A stretch of 61,867 bases of DNA, the filler included, from Chiloscyllium plagiosum (lineage: Eukaryota), in the NCBI RefSeq assembly GCF_004010195.1. It is 5 parts of one record of this genome, joined end to end, with 100 filler letters (N's around TTAATTAATTAA, not from the genome) between each part and the next. Parts side by side here need not be neighbours in the genome. Positions count along the whole stretch, not along the records: positions 55,860 to 61,867 come from NC_057714.1; 4 more parts are not named here. The stretch is one strand, 5' to 3'. The notes beneath the pieces are model-generated. The model had not been told where the DNA came from. It was given only the letters and a program-made list of their open reading frames with translations, and made no database searches. How positions within the stretch are numbered: position 1 is the first letter of the stretch; the number at the start of each line of letters is the position of its first letter. This document shows positions 61,699 to 61,867 of the stretch, piece after piece. Made by a program: the position numbers and the translations under genes.

Positions 61699-61867
61699 TT
61701 CTGGATCAGTGGTGCTGGAAGAGCACAGCAATTCAGGCAGCATCCGACGAGCAGCAAAATCGACGTTTCAATCAAAAGCCCTTCATCAGGAATAAAGGCA
61801 GAGAGCCGGAAGCGTGGAGAGATAAGCTAGAGGAGGGTGGGGGTGGGGAGAAAGTAGCATAGAGTAC
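61699..61867 (-). mobile_element. PLE 3' terminal region (family B), running off the window
   Basis: Near-identical to 38988-39156; hammerhead stem II disrupted (gggcttttgatt). Confidence 0.88.

Noticed and set aside
61110..61862. 250-aa ORF as a novel endonuclease fusion protein
   Set aside because: CR1 endonuclease read through by chance into an antisense PLE terminus inserted at ~61699.

Overview
Vertebrate nuclear DNA, almost certainly a cartilaginous fish (shark-type HE1/V-SINEs, CR1/HER1-like LINEs, Deu-type SINEs; species not determinable here). The window is five separate segments (1-25583, 25684-39194, 39295-48855, 48956-55759, 55860-61867) joined by artificial 100-nt N44-TTAATTAATTAA-N44 linkers, so adjacency across linkers is unproven. 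Host genes occur only as short spliced exons that the ORF track mostly misses: MPP7 (minus; SH3 exon, HOOK exon, plus phase-1 microexons of 21, 12 and 42 nt and possibly 6 nt), the last two coding exons and 3' UTR of WAC (plus), and three exons of an axonemal dynein heavy chain most like DNAH14 (minus). The rest is mostly decayed CR1 LINEs, SINEs, Penelope-like elements (PLEs), Tigger-like MITEs and minisatellites. Most notable: (1) a Tx1 retrotransposon apparently inserted twice at one site in a promoter/LTR-like target, the second copy capped by the exact 5' end of mature 18S rRNA; (2) the MPP4-like acidic microexon cluster in the MPP7 HOOK region, with stop-codon gating; (3) many short PLE-derived insertions carrying minimal hammerhead ribozyme cores, often as inverted pairs with 15-16 bp TSDs. 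All protein identifications are from recalled family sequences, not database searches; repeat boundaries are approximate.
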